This document shows, piece by piece, positions 1 to 12,583 of a DNA stretch of 64,000 nt. Position numbers and translations under genes: made by a program. Origin of the DNA: Raillietiella orientalis (Eukaryota). The stretch's first letter is position 1; each line of letters begins with the position of its first letter. The stretch spans positions 1-64,000 of the forward strand of contig JAYWIR010000096.1 in NCBI GenBank assembly GCA_036172245.1, given 5' to 3'. The notes below the pieces were generated by a model, which searched no databases, had not been told where the DNA came from, and worked only from the letters and a program-made list of their open reading frames with translations.

Positions 1-410
1 TTCGCGGACGTGGCTGATTCTGCAGCCGTAGAAGGACGCCTCTCCGACTAGAAGAAGTTGCAGGCATATGTAGCCCAGGGCTGCAAACCTGCTCTTTGCT
101 ATAACGTAAGTGGAGTACGTACACCTGGGGTTGAGTATGTTGACGAACCATTTCGTGTGGGAGTGCAAGAGGAGGACCTGATCGCACTCATGCCTGTTCC
201 AGCATTGGGCTATGTCAAGGTGCTATGCAATCACGCCGCTCTTATGCAGGGGCTCCTTTGCACAACCTTGTCCATCCGTAAGAAAAAAGTATTTCCCACC
301 GCGATGGGCGAGTCTTTTGTAGTTGTTCTCTTAGACCTCAAGCCGCAGATCTACGTCAAACAACTGATAAACATGTAGGCGGAATTAGAACCCTTCACGC
401 GGTACAGAGG
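1..410 (+). mobile_element. Degenerate LINE ORF1 fragment (family F-like), cut by an antisense 3' end at 411
   Basis: FADVA..LQAYVAQGCKPAL..VGVQEEDLIALMP matches ORF1 at 17945; in-frame stops. Confidence 0.85.
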
Positions 411-2496
411 TTGCCACCTGGGTAAGCCGGAGGGTCTATTTAAATATCACAAAAGCGAAATACAAGGCTGCGCTCAAGGCCATAGACACCGCACGTGCAT
501 AGACGCTGGGACGCAACCCGGAGTAACTGTCCACGGCAGTGAAAGGGGATATGGGAAAAAATCAAAAACAAAAATATACTATAAACAAAACAAAAAGAAG
601 TTATAAGGAAGAGAAGAAATCAAAGTTCACTCGGAGGAGGACCCATCCGTCTAAGGAAGCCCTCGATGCCCATCCGCATATTCCCCAGATGGAGTCATCG
701 TTCAGGTCTGTACAGGAAGCATACAGCATGCTGGATGGCTTACCTCTCGTTCATGTCCCGATCTTCGTTGTTGGAGTCGTTTCAAGCCTCCACGATGCCT
801 AGAACGTAGCAGAATGCTGCTAGGACAGTGACTAGCTATAGGGCGTCCCACACCAAGAGATACTGGAGAACGTCTCTGGGGGTGCTGCCCATCGGGATCC
901 CGACGGTCGGCCCAAACCTTTCCCAAAGTGGTCGGAGGGCAGCACAGTGAACGATGAGTTGGCGGAGGTATTCCCGCTCCCCGCATCCAGCACACGCAGA
1001 ATCCACAGCTCCCCTTGTCCAATGGAAGAGGTGAGTGTTGCAGGGTAAACTCCAGTGCAACAGGAGCAACGTCGACTCTTACAACTGAAGGGGCAGGATC
1101 CTGAATTCTCTTGAAACCGTTCGCCACTTCAGCTCCTCCATCGGGATGGCGAGCAGCTCTCCCTATCGCAAAAGTCCTCTCGGCTGGACGCTCGGGGTCG
1201 TGGCGTCAGCCAGCTCTCTCATCCGCTCATCATCTTCTCCCGTCCCGCTATGCAGCAGGAGACTTGCCACCTTGGCGTCCGGCTGCTGTGAAGCGCCCTT
1301 CTCAGGAAGAGCAACGCCGTAGCTAGGCAGGTTGTCTCTGTCCACGTGCTTCTGGCATGACTCTCCAGAAGGTTCCGCAGAGTGCAGCGGGCAAAGGGGC
1401 CACGTCGCAGGTGCATCAACGTCTCGTGTATCCTCTGGTTTAGGAATGCCCACGGGCCGATGTTCTCCAACAGGCAAGCGGGGAAGTTGAAGAAGCAGCA
1501 AAGCATCCACTGTTCTCCTTCGCCATGGCTGCAATGCGTCCGAGCAGTAGGCCGCATCTTCGGATCTTCCGGCATGAACACAGAAGAAAAGATGCGAGTC
1601 TCTCGGTTCGAGATACACGACTGGCAACGAGTCGAGACAAAATGCACCAAGGTGTCCACCACATCTTCGCTGCGATGGCCATTGTTCGCCACTGCAGCTG
1701 AATCTCCACGCGCTCCAGTGTCGGGATGCTAAGACCGCTGCGACGACGCGAAGCGCACAAGTCCTTCAAAGGGACTCAGGGCCTACCCTAGCCCCAAAGG
1801 GCGATGCGAAGGATCTCATTGGTCCTTTTTTTTATTTCTACGGGTCGAAGCAAACAAAGAGCAGAGGATGAAGGATGGGGGCCGCGAAGGCGTTCCAAAG
1901 CGCGGAATGTTCCTGGAAGTAAAACTTATCTTCCAGGGACGGGCCGATCGCCAACTCCATTTTTTGAATACGACCTGACCAAGCTTCTGTGGGACAGAGG
2001 TCCCCCAGCAGGACGCTTAGTTTCTTCAGGTGCCTGGCCAAAAGGATCCAGTGAGGCCATCCTACCCACGTCGCTCCAATTAGCACCACCGATGACTTAG
2101 CTTGGTTAATGAGCAGTCCGGTCCCGCTAATAAGCGAATCAAAGAAGTCCCCTTCTGTCGCTGCCGTAGTGGACATAGGAAAAAAAAACAGAAGATCGAC
2201 GGCATACGCTGAAACGGCGGGAGTGCCAAGGCACGAGCTCGCCAAGGGAGCCAAAGCAGCCCTGTACGCTGTCAGCACCAAAGCAAAGTAGGTACTAAAG
2301 AGCAGGGGACAGAGACTATCGTCCTTTCTTATGCCCCGCCGCACAGGAACGCCATACACCTTTTGTCCACTAAAACAAAGCGTGATCAGCGCATTGCGAC
2401 TGCAGGAGAGTAGCTAGGTAATATAGGTGGGTGGAAAGCCCATGTGACGGAGACCTCCAGCAGGAGATCCTGGTCCACGCAGTCGACCTCTTTATG
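411..2496 (-). mobile_element. LINE 3' half (E-like): RT C-terminal half, CCHC finger, 3' UTR, terminal hairpin; degenerate
   Basis: HKEVDCVDQ, GVPVRRGIRKDDSLCPLLF, YAVDLL, CAGCGEREYLRQLIVHC; 3' end CCTCCGGCTTACCCAGGTGGCAA at 411-433; UTR resembles 47550-47696. Confidence 0.88.
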
Positions 2497-2503
2497 CGCC
2501 CTA

Positions 2504-3698
2504 GGGCGAACGTTTTTTGTTTGTGCTCCTCGTGCCAGAACCACCCCTCCCTCAGTGCTCGCGTTCAATGGTCCAGTGGTCGATCAGGTAGCGATGCCTG
2601 AGACAATCACCAGTGAGTGCCAGGAGGCCGCGGGAACGTCGCCCCAAGAGGCGAAGGAGTACCAGGGGGCGGAGGCAACGTCGCCCTCAGAGGCGATGGA
2701 GGTGGGGACATCCGCCCCCACAGAATCGATCCCCGCAGCAGCGCGGGCGTGGAGCGCCGTCATGGCGGCGCCATTGCTTGCAATCGCGGCGGAATTGTCT
2801 GCCTATGTGGAGGAAGGATATAACTTCTCACTGTTCTACAAGGTAGGCAATCTATATTGTTCTGAGAGTGCTCGCCAATTCTCTAAAGGGATGCGTGCTC
2901 TCAATATACAGGAGGAGTAGCTCTGCGCTGTGACCATGCGTAGCGGGGGTAGTACGTTGAGCTGAACTGCAAACAGGCAGATCTGGCCCAGCGTCAGCTC
3001 AAAAACACCGTGGCGATGGGGACACGCAGGCTCCTTCCCATTACGGCGGACCCCAGTATGGTGGAAAACCGGTTGAAGGTTATAGCGCGGATGCGGAAAG
3101 AACAAGTACGCGCCGCTTTAGATGAACACGGAACGGTCCATGCAGTTTGGACCAAGCCTAGTACCTTTGAGAACTACACTAGACTGCAATGCGGCCTCAC
3201 GGCTGACGCGTAACCGTCCGCGAGGGCACCTTTCTACACCACAAACTGGTGCTCGGCGGCGAAACCGTCGACCGTTGGTATGTGGGGAAGTTCAAATAAT
3301 GTGGTTTCTGCAACACGTCAGGCCACTTCGAAACGAGGTACCCCAACGTGCAGTGCTTCGTATACGGTACAATGGGCCACACGAGGGAAGTGTGCTCACA
3401 AGCTTCTGTGTGCCTGGTTTCCAAAAGAAACTCTATAAAACGAGCTTGGTTGCTACAGAAAAAGGCTGGCGGCGAAAGCAGCCGCGACAGCTGTGCCACC
3501 CGCGTCCATGGTCCAGGCTGCAATCGAGACACCGGCAAAGAACGCCGAAAATGTAGAAAGAAACGGCCAGAAGCCTGGCTGGCAAGAAGCTACAACAGAA
3601 AATAGATCGAAAAAGAACGCCGACCTGAAAAAAAGTTAGCCTACCAAAACAAAAAAAACAAAAGGTAGTGAGATCATAAAGAAATGCAGCGTCGTTGT
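2504..3698 (+). mobile_element. Family A 5' fragment (5' UTR + disrupted ORF1)
   Basis: GAACGTTTTTT head at 2508; MPETITSECQ..ARAWSAV..EEGYN; zinc knuckles near 3300-3400; homologous to 29753 and 42301 copies. Confidence 0.9.
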
Positions 3699-6154
3699 AT
3701 ATTACCCGGTTGCGCCGGGACGTTCAGTAATGTCATCTGGGAACTGCCTTCTCTGGCAAGGGGAACACAAGATGCGCAGTAGGGTTCCCAACAAGCAGGC
3801 CAGGCGCACTGAGAGTTGGGAACGGGAGAAGGGGGACAATCAATAAAAAAATAAGGTGATAGGGTGTAGATAGGTAACCGCTGTCCAGGAGTTTCTATTC
3901 TCAGATCCGACTGCGAATGCCGCCAATCACCGTCCTTACTTCTGCTCTGAGGTGGGGCCACCCGGCAGACATTTGCAGGTTGCTGGATGCAGTGTCGGGA
4001 CAGATGTTGGGACCACTCTAATACGTGGCAGGCCCTGACAATGGCGCGAACGCAGCAGATAAATAAAACCACCGCTCCAAGAGAAAGACCGCCACACGTG
4101 AAAAAGCGGCGCATCCAATCCATTGCTGTGCGTCCGAGGTGCAGGAGACCTGAACACAGCCGCCGCTACAGCTCCTGGTGGGCACCGCATTCAAACAGCA
4201 AATGCGGAAGCGATTCCACCGCTCCGTATTTGGCACAGTTCGGAGACGCAATCCCCCTGGAAATCAGGTGCCCCCGCTAGTTGCAGTACGAACCCCAATG
4301 CACCAGCAGAAAAGCGTCCTGTTTCCAGCGAAGGGGGAAGAGAGTCGCGTCCAAACATGCAGAAGGGATTACAAGTTCATCGGTAGGCACCCCTAGGAGC
4401 TCACTCCACAGGAGAAGTCTTTTGGCACGAATGAGAGGCGTGGCAGCGTCTGGCAGCTTGCGATTCCTCCAGACGCCTAGCAGTCGTGTTTCGCCTACGA
4501 TTCCGCAAGAGACCTCCCACCTCGCCGGTAGGGCACTGTCGTGTCGCACCATCAGTGCAGACTGTGCTACTGCAAGATGCTTAGCGGCTAGGCATATCCA
4601 CTGGTCCTGGTCCTTGAGCACCTCCCCCACTGGACAGTATGGGGAAAGGTTCACACGACGGAGTTAAAAACGGGACAAATCCTTTTGCACTGCCCAGGAC
4701 GATTAGGCTTCCTGCCTCCAGGCATTGATTCTCGTCGGCCGGCAGGAGATCCAAGTATCCTTTCCCAGAAGTGAGGCGAGCTGCTTCACAGGGAAGCCGA
4801 ATCCTCGCTGAACGCGCTCCGTGCGCAGGTGCAGCGAAAAAAGTCCGTGGCCACCCGTGCAGCGCCGCAGCAACAGCCGCGCTGAAGCAGACCAGGTCCA
4901 TAGCTGGGCGCACAGTGCCAGCATGCAAAACTGCACTAGCAGTCCGATCTGCTGCAGCGTCAGGATGCCGAATCCTGCATCCCTCGAGGAGCCGTTTAGT
5001 CCTTCGGGCGGATACTGGACTTCGCCGGTCTCCGAAATGCGTATGGCAAGAAGCGTTTTGCCCGACGCTAACTGAGTAGGGAGAACATCAAACAAAAAAA
5101 AAGGTGACGGAGGATAGGGGCAACGAAAATGTTTCACGCGAAAATGTTTCACAGACTGCTGTGGGCCCTGTCCGACAGGACGAAACTGCCGCCTTGAAAC
5201 GGGCCCAGAGCAGTCTCGGCCATGTGAATGCATACCGACCACGCTTCTGCTTGATAGAAAGCTCCCAAGTAAACGCCAAGGTAATTGAAGCAGCTGCATG
5301 TTGGGATCGTTAGGCGCTTCCAGTAGGACTGCCCCTCCCACCTAAAGCCAACCGGTACAAAGGTAGATTTTGTCCTCTTGACGCTCAGGCCCGCTCCCCG
5401 ACGAATGAGTTCAAAGACGTTTTCGAGTTTGCACACCTGGGTGGACATGGGCAGCAGCAGGAAAAGGTCGTCACGATAGGCGGCCACGGACGGAGTTCCC
5501 GAGCAGAAGATCGGCAGGGTGGCCAGCGTCAGCCTGTTCGCTGTCAGCACCAACTAAAAGAAAATGCTGAAAAGCAGGGGGCTTAAGCTGCCTCCGTGCC
5601 TGATACTCCGCCGTATAGGAACACCATACACGTGGCGCCTGCTAAAAGGGATACAACATAACGCGTGGCGCCCGCAGGAGCGGAAGTAGGCGCTGAGGTG
5701 CGCAGGGAGGATGAAGCGTCCCACAAGCTCCAAAAATAGGTGCTGGTTTACGCTGTCAAACGCTTTGCAGAGAACTTCCTCGACTGCTAAGGCCCTCAAC
5801 GTTACATCGTGCCTTGAGCACCGCCGCTTACCTTTGGCAGCGGGACTTTCCGCTGACTGCCTTTGCTGCGCCACGTGCTGCTGCAACTCCAACGATGTAC
5901 GCGCGAAGAACAGATTCGCGTCCATGGACCGCTTTGGAAAAGCAACCGTCTGCACCGGACTTACCGAGGAATCTGCGATTCACCACAGCCGCGCGACAAA
6001 AACTATCGAGAACAACTGGAGGTCCGAATTCACCAAGTTGATCGGACGCCAGCAATTGAGGTGGCGCAGATCCCCGCCTTTCATTAGGAGCCGCACCATT
6101 GTTGACCGGAGAGAAGCGGCAACATCTCCAGTCTCCCGCATCAGCGCCTGCCGC
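3699..6154 (-). mobile_element. LINE 3' portion (family K): RT to 3' hairpin, heavily degenerate
   Basis: LMRETGDV, WRPI, KAFDSVNQ, GGSLSPLLF, YRDDL, YLGV; 3' end GTCCCGGCGCAACCGGGTAAT at 3701-3722. Confidence 0.87.
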
Positions 6155-6962
6155 GCACAGACGTGCTTTTGCGTCGCTTTGCGGTAGGCTCACTCTTCTG
6201 TGTTTTTGTTCTGCTGTGCTTCGGTGCTGCAATGAGAGTAAAAATGAACATCAGTTACAAGATGTGAACGGTATCTGCTCCTAAGATGGCGATTTCGGCT
6301 GATAGCAAGAAGCCACAGTTCTTGCCGACGGCGAGCACATACGCCCAGGTCGCTGCACTCACGGCTACGATGAGACCTTCGTCCGACATCCCTGAGCTTC
6401 AGGCGTATGTAGCAAATGGCTACACGCCTGCACTCAGGTATAAGGTTAGTGTCCTTATGCCTGAGCGAGTTATGCGCGAGTTTGGCCAGGAACTCCGACG
6501 GATTGGAGTTCAAAAAGGCCAACTGGAGTCCATCATGCCCATGAGTGGGTGCGGCTACTGGGAGGTGTCCAGTAAGGACGCTCTCCTTACGCAGCGTTTG
6601 CTGCACACGTCGCTGCTCATTCGTGAGCAGGAAATGCTCCCTGTCACAACGGAACAGTCGTTCGCTCTCCGGCTCAGTAGAGTGTGTAAGGGCCTTTCGG
6701 ACCTCCAGGTCGTGGAGGCCCTTGAAAAACTCGCTATCGTCCACGCGCTCTGGAGGCTGCCAAACCCTGCTGAAGGGTTCGAAGACCACCACAGCGGGCT
6801 CGCGCAAGTGCGAGAGACGATGACGGATCGCCGTGCAATGCCCACGCGACTGCAGGTGGATAGAATAACCGTCCGCCTGTGGTTTGCCGGGCAAACGCGT
6901 GTATGCGCGGAATGCGGGCAGGAAGGTCACCGCATTACGAAGTGTCCCTCAGCCTCTTGCCG
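6155..6962 (+). mobile_element. Family I 5' fragment (ORF1 up to first zinc knuckle)
   Basis: AGACGTGCTTTT head at 6159; ORF from 6286 with CAECGQEGHRITKC; homologous to 62448-63928. ORF tail after ~6962 is antisense J sequence. Confidence 0.9.
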
Positions 6963-7588
6963 CCACCGACGCATACGAAAAGGGCTGCGCCGCCACAGCC
7001 GAACAAGATGGCGTGACGCCCTGTACCGCGTGCACGCCAGCGGGTCTTGCCTGGGACGCTGCCGCCGCGTGCGCAACCCTCGACGTCGCCACCGTTGCCG
7101 CCGCGGGCGGCACCCTCGGCATCGCCGCTGCAGGCGCGACCTTCCCCGCCGCGGGCACGATCCTCAGCGTCGCCGCTACGGGCACAACCTCCGCCGTCGT
7201 CGCCGCGGGCATGACACTTGGCATCGCCTCCGCCGGCGCAGCAAACCCCGAAGTGGGCGCGATCCTCGGCATGCCCGCCACCGTCTCGCCGTTGCTGCAC
7301 ATTACCTCCATGGCTTCCATGGGGGACGACGGTCTCTCCACTTCTCCTCCAGGTGCCTGCATCCTGGCAGCTGGTCTTGCTGCACGGAACGACTGCAGGT
7401 CTTCCGCCGTGATCTCCTCGGCGCTTTTTCGTAGCTGTATGAGGAGATCCTATGCAGCACACTCTAGTCCACACTCACTTTCTTCTGGATTCTTTTCCTC
7501 TCCGGGCACACAAGATCAGAATTAACTGATTAATCATCGTCGTGCGCGCATTACTATGAGCTGCGAAGCAAGGTCACCGAGTCGGCAG
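6963..7588 (-). mobile_element. Family J 5' fragment (5' UTR + Ala/Pro-rich ORF1 N-terminus)
   Basis: MQAPGGEVERPSSPMEAMEV..MPRIAP matches 10480-10867 and 57710-58150; head TGCCGACTCGGTGA. Confidence 0.87.
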
Positions 7589-10500
7589 TTTTCCCCGAGT
7601 CCCACTAGGGGTGGGGTAAATTTATTTTTCTCAAATTTTTCTAGAAAAACATTCACACTACAATCTCATCCATACCATTGGCACCTTTTTTACCACCATG
7701 AAGTCCTTGGGTTCTCACAAGTTCTGCACTCATGGTGGATTTCCTGCTGTTTGGTCGCGGGCGTCGTCTTCTATCCTCTTCAGGATGAATCGGCACGTTT
7801 AGGCTTGGATTTTCCCACAGTTTCTAATGCCGATTTACCTCTTCAGGAGCCCTTGTAGGATCTCCATCGCTGGTGCGGCTCTTCTGGCTTTCCTCATTTT
7901 CCACCACCGCACAAGTATGGCGGTGATGAAGAGGGCGATGGTCGTCCTCACCATGGGATTGTAACAGGGAACATTACCATCCCCCTGAAACATCCCGGCG
8001 AGGATCTCCATTACGGACCTGGTGGTGAGTCCGATGATCCTTTTCAGGATCAGCCAGTCATGCAGCAAGGTGGGACACGTCAAGACGTGAAGACTCGTGT
8101 CGATGTCTCCACATGCTGTGCAGACTCGATCTTCCCTTCTTCCCGTGTAGTGCAGCAATCGGGACCCACTCTGGATTCCTCCATGATAAAACATCAGGAG
8201 GTCATCCTGGGTGCCCGGCGGAAGGTCACTTCTCCAGAGCGTCGTGCCAATCGCTAACAGGTTGATCCGGTCACTCCCGTAGCGATCGGCGGCTTCCTGG
8301 AGGACACTGATATCACTGTGTTCTTCTTGAATTAGTCTTCGGAGGTTTGTTTTGGTCACCCTGGACCACGCAAAGTCGTTGTGATTAAACCACACTTCGC
8401 GAGTCATGTGGATAAACCTTCCTAACATCATCTCTATATACCTAAGTATACGAGTGTGATGTAGGTACCCTCCTCGTTTCCACTCCTGGATTCGTTGAAG
8501 GGTAACTCTGGACCGCTGGTGGATCCAGCTTCTCGTGTCCGGCGGGACAGGAAGCATCCAAGAAATCACCAGGATAAACTCGTCCTGCCAGAGTTCCCTA
8601 CTTCTCGGCACGATCTTGATTTTGTGCTTTCGCACCAGCCGTGGCTTCCTCGTCCAGGTAGGGTCGATTTTTTTCCATTTGCCTGCTCGGCCTAGCAGCG
8701 CAGTCATCAGGCCTTTCGAGTTGTTCAACAACAACGCGTAGGCCCTGTGCGCCGCATACGGCCAGTCATTCCAGTGAGTGGCAATGTCCAGGATGTGTTG
8801 CGTATCCATGATTTCTATGGAGTGTGCAAGCGACTTCATCCCGGAACCGCCTTCTTCCCTGGGACGACACAGGGGTTTTAGTCGGACTCTTGGGCGATAG
8901 TGGCCCCACAGTGTTTTTCTCTGCAGCTTGTCGAACTCCCTCGTGGTTTCCTTGTTCATCCTCGCGAAGGCCGCCCCGAAGAGCACTTTTGGAAGGAGTA
9001 CTCCGTTCCATATGTTGGCCTTTCGCTTCATTCCAAGGTCCGTTCGGGTGTACTTGGCTGCTTCCTTGGCCGTTTTCCCTAGGATCAAGGTCCACAATAG
9101 CTTCGACGCGGAGACGTCGCCAATGTAGACACCCAGGTACTTGGCCTTGTCCACCGTTCGGAATCCTCTCCTTGCTAGAGTGGAGAGATCGAGGATTCCA
9201 ACGGGCAAGAGCTGGCTTTTATGGGCGTTGCTCTTTAGACCGAGGCCTTGATCCATCAGGTCTACCACATAAAGAAACGCTCGTTGATTTCTCTCTCCCT
9301 TGATAAAGAAGAGTAGATCATCAGCGTATGCCAGATAAGTAAGACGCTGGCCATCTATTGTTATGCCTTGCAGTCGTCCGCTCTTCTCGATAAAGGACCA
9401 CAACGCCTCCATGTAGATGACGAACAGCATAGGACTAAACGAATCGCCCTGCCGGACTCCCCGTTCCATCCGGATTGCTGCCGCCTCCTGGCCTTTGATT
9501 TTGATTCAACAGTACTGGTTCTGGAGTACCATTCTCACGAAGTTGCTGAAGTGTTCCGTAAGTCCGAGCTTTTCCAGAACCATCAGCAGCATCTTATGGT
9601 CGATGGAGTCGAAAGCCTTCTCCATGTCAGTGAACACCAGCGCCAGATTCTCGCCGACGTATTGGCTGAGTCCGACGGTGGCCTGGGCACACTTGACATT
9701 GTCCGACATGTGACGTCCAGGGACTGCACACGTTTGGACCGGAGAGATGAGCCTCGACATGACCTTGCCTAAGCGGTTGGACCAGATCTTCGCCAACCAC
9801 TTGGCATCGGAGTTTAGGATCGAGATTGGCCTCCATTGAGCGACCTGCGTGAGGTCGGCTTCTTTTGGCAACAAGCACATCCGACTCTCGTAGAAGGACT
9901 GTGGAAGTCTTCCCTCTTAGCGGATGCAGAGGGTCAACTGGTGGAACAAACGCAGGTAGGCATGCAAGTACCGCTGATAGTGAGTGATGGGTACGCTGTC
10001 AGGGCCCGCTGCCACGTCCCTGCGTAGTTGACCAAACGCAGTCTTCTCCTCGTCTTCGGAGAATTCCTCCTCCAGTCTGTTCCGCTGGAGATCGTCAATC
10101 CTCTTCTCGAGGTAGCTCAGAAAGGCCTGTTGACTAGACCGACAGAATGTTGTCGCCTAAAGTGTTTCGTGTAATGCCTTTGAAAGGCTTCCACGATATC
10201 TTTGGACGACTGTCGCTCTTGACCGTCGTACTGGATGCAGAAGATATCTGTTGCCAGATTTCTTTTCTCCAGCACGCCGACTTCCCCTTTTATGTTCTTG
10301 CAGACGTACCGACTCTCGTACTGATCGAAGTACTTTGAGAGTGAGCGATCTTGGATGTTCAGCTCCCGGTACGCGTCTTGCTTCAAGCACCTATCCCCGA
10401 ACTGCATGTTCGCAAACAGTTGTATCCTGTGTTTCAGGCTGTCCCAGTCGGCGACTCTTCGGATTGTTGTTGCCCTTAGAATCGTCCTCGGCGTCCCCGC

Positions 10501-10867
10501 CGCGAGCACGACCTCCGCCGTAGTCGCCGCATGCACGACCCTTGGCATCGCCGCTGCCGGCGCTGCAATGCCCGCCGCGGGCGCGATCCTCGGCATGCCT
10601 GCCACCGCCTCGCCGTTGCCGCACGTTACCTCCATGGTTTCCATGGGGGACCACGGTCTCTCCACTCCTGCTCCAGGTGCCTGCATCCTGGCAGCTGGTC
10701 TTGCTGCACGGGACCACTACAGGTCTTCCGCCGCGATCTCCTCCGTGCTTCTTTTGTAGTTTCGTCTGGAAAACTTCCCCTCTCCGGGCACACACGTGCA
10801 CAATTAACTGATTAAGTTGTCGAGCGCACAATACTTTTTGCAGCAAAGCAAGTTCACCGACTCGGCA
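7589..10867 (-). mobile_element. Family J element with both termini and an internal deletion (ORF1 start fused to post-EN linker near 10480)
   Basis: 5' TGCCGAGTCGGTGA at 10867; fusion ..TPRTILRATTIRRVADWD; 3' end AATAAATTTACCCCACCCCTAGTGGGACTCGGGGAAAA. Confidence 0.9.
7835..9469 (-). CDS. Family J ORF2 C-terminal part (RT + CCHC zinc finger); open here but frameshifted from the upstream RT
   Basis: GVRQGDSFSP, YADDLL, YLGV, CTACGDIDTSLHVLTC. Confidence 0.85.
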   Translation of the reverse strand: MERGVRQGDSFSPMLFVIYMEALWSFIEKSGRLQGITIDGQRLTYLAYADDLLFFIKGERNQRAFLYVVDLMDQGLGLKSNAHKSQLLPVGILDLSTLARRGFRTVDKAKYLGVYIGDVSASKLLWTLILGKTAKEAAKYTRTDLGMKRKANIWNGVLLPKVLFGAAFARMNKETTREFDKLQRKTLWGHYRPRVRLKPLCRPREEGGSGMKSLAHSIEIMDTQHILDIATHWNDWPYAAHRAYALLLNNSKGLMTALLGRAGKWKKIDPTWTRKPRLVRKHKIKIVPRSRELWQDEFILVISWMLPVPPDTRSWIHQRSRVTLQRIQEWKRGGYLHHTRILRYIEMMLGRFIHMTREVWFNHNDFAWSRVTKTNLRRLIQEEHSDISVLQEAADRYGSDRINLLAIGTTLWRSDLPPGTQDDLLMFYHGGIQSGSRLLHYTGRREDRVCTACGDIDTSLHVLTCPTLLHDWLILKRIIGLTTRSVMEILAGMFQGDGNVPCYNPMVRTTIALFITAILVRWWKMRKARRAAPAMEILQGLLKR

Positions 10868-12583
10868 AGAGCGGAGCGTTCTGCCGACTGCCAAGAAGGT
10901 GACTGCGCTGCCTCGCTTTAAAGGCGTGGCGAAAACCACGCCCCTAGAGGCGGCCGCGAAAACTCAGGAGGTTTCGGAGACGAAAGTCGCGGAAGCGTCC
11001 CAAAATCGTGACGGAGAATGGAAGATTGTAGAGAGGAGAAAAGAAAAATCCCCCAAAAAGGCTTCGCAACCTCCATCCGCGAGCTCTTTGAAGGCAAAAA
11101 ACAGCCGTGTGAAAAGGTAAACACCCGCGGAGCGTTCTTCTGCCCAGGAAAAAGCCAGCGCCGTCAACGCTTGCAAGTCTGTCTCTGTGAGTGCTAAGAA
11201 AACCATTCCGGTGCGAACGGACGGATGCAAACGCACGCCGATCGCGCGAGCATCAGACAGCTTGAAGGAGTCCGATAGCGCCGCTGAACGACGAGATACT
11301 CGCGCCGGAGCGAACGCTTGCAGGGCTGAAGCTCTGAGGCGTGACACACTCGCCGAGGAACAGCGAGTGCTCACACCGGAATCCACAGGTTCTGCACACT
11401 GGGAGGAGCACTCGATTACGCGCAGCACGGTGGTGGCCGGTGGCGATCGCGCCCTCCAGCCCGTCGTGCTGCCTACTGCCCGCTCGCCGGGTGAGGCGAG
11501 CACCACAGCCTCGCTTCCCCAGCCGTGATGAGGGCAATCGCGTCTTCTCGTCGTGTTGCCGTGGCGTGCTGAAACGTCAACGGTCTCCAACACGACGAGA
11601 AGAGGCCACTGGTAGCCAACGCTCTGCGCGCCTTCGACTTGACGCTCCTGCAGGAGATTCACAGCATCTCCGAAGACCAGGCTGCAGATGTCGAACGGCG
11701 TGCGGGCGCAACGGTACATTACAGTTGCTGCGTCGCCCGTTCGTGCGACGTCGCTTTCCTCGTAGGAAGAACTTTGGCGGTAGCAGTGCGCGGTGTTCGC
11801 TTCGAGACGGAAGGCCGAGTGGGACAGCTTGTACTCAAGTGGTCCTTCTCAATCGACCTTGTCGTAACGAACGTGTACGCGTTAAGCGGTGCTGGACGAT
11901 GGGCCGAAAGGGTTGAGTTCTTCGGTACCGTGGAGAGCCAGTGGCTTACTCGCTTTACCCTACTGTGGCGCATCTCATTGCGGGGGACTTTAACGTTCAC
12001 CTGCTGACCGAGAATAGCGCACACAAAAGGGAAAAGTTGCTAGTGGAAGAGATGTACGCGTCCGTGCACGCGTGCAACTAGTTTGCTAAGGACCCTGTAA
12101 TTGCAACATCACCGGACCATGTATTCCTCGATGAACACTTGCTCTCTCGAGTGGGTCGGAGAGGTCCCATGCCGTCCGTGCTATCAGACCACAACAGGCT
12201 CGAGTTCGAGTTTCTCCCTCCAGGAAAGGGGCCTCCAAACTGTGTTTAGAGGATGCCAGCAGACTGGCTAATTCAAGCGAAGGCGGCGGAGCATCTACGC
12301 TAGTACCTTTGCGGCTTTGCCATAAGTAAGCGCGCTGACTGGGACGATCTGAAAAGATCGGTCCGCGAGTTTTGCTGCCGGTTTCCCTTGAACCAGCTTC
12401 CGCTCGGCTTCGGACAGAATGTAGCCAAGAGCAGAGATTTTCTGCAGCACCGCTTCTACTCCAGGCGCGCGGACGTTGGTCGATTATCCGAGTACAAGGC
12501 CAAGGCTGCGCGCCAGGTCTGGCAGTCTGGAACGACAGTTCTGCTCGACGACCAGGACCGGGAATGCTCGGTTACAGACGACC
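10868..12583 (+). mobile_element. I/F-like LINE: ORF1 C-terminus + pseudogenised endonuclease + linker
   Basis: TGATG at 11526; C*NVNGL, LLQEIH, NVYA, GDFN, SDH; ends at ECSVTDDL. Confidence 0.88.

Noticed and set aside
6286..7525. Arg-rich and Ala-rich ORFs (6286-7434 tail, 6884-7525, 57559-58197) as novel proteins
   Set aside because: They are read-through or antisense frames of the GC-rich J ORF1 repeat across a junction.
10862..10875. Identical 14-mer TCGGCAAGAGCGGA at two junctions (10862 and 42294)
   Set aside because: At 10862 it is partly the J 5' end and partly host ORF1; no mechanism links the two and there is only one pair, so treated as probable coincidence.
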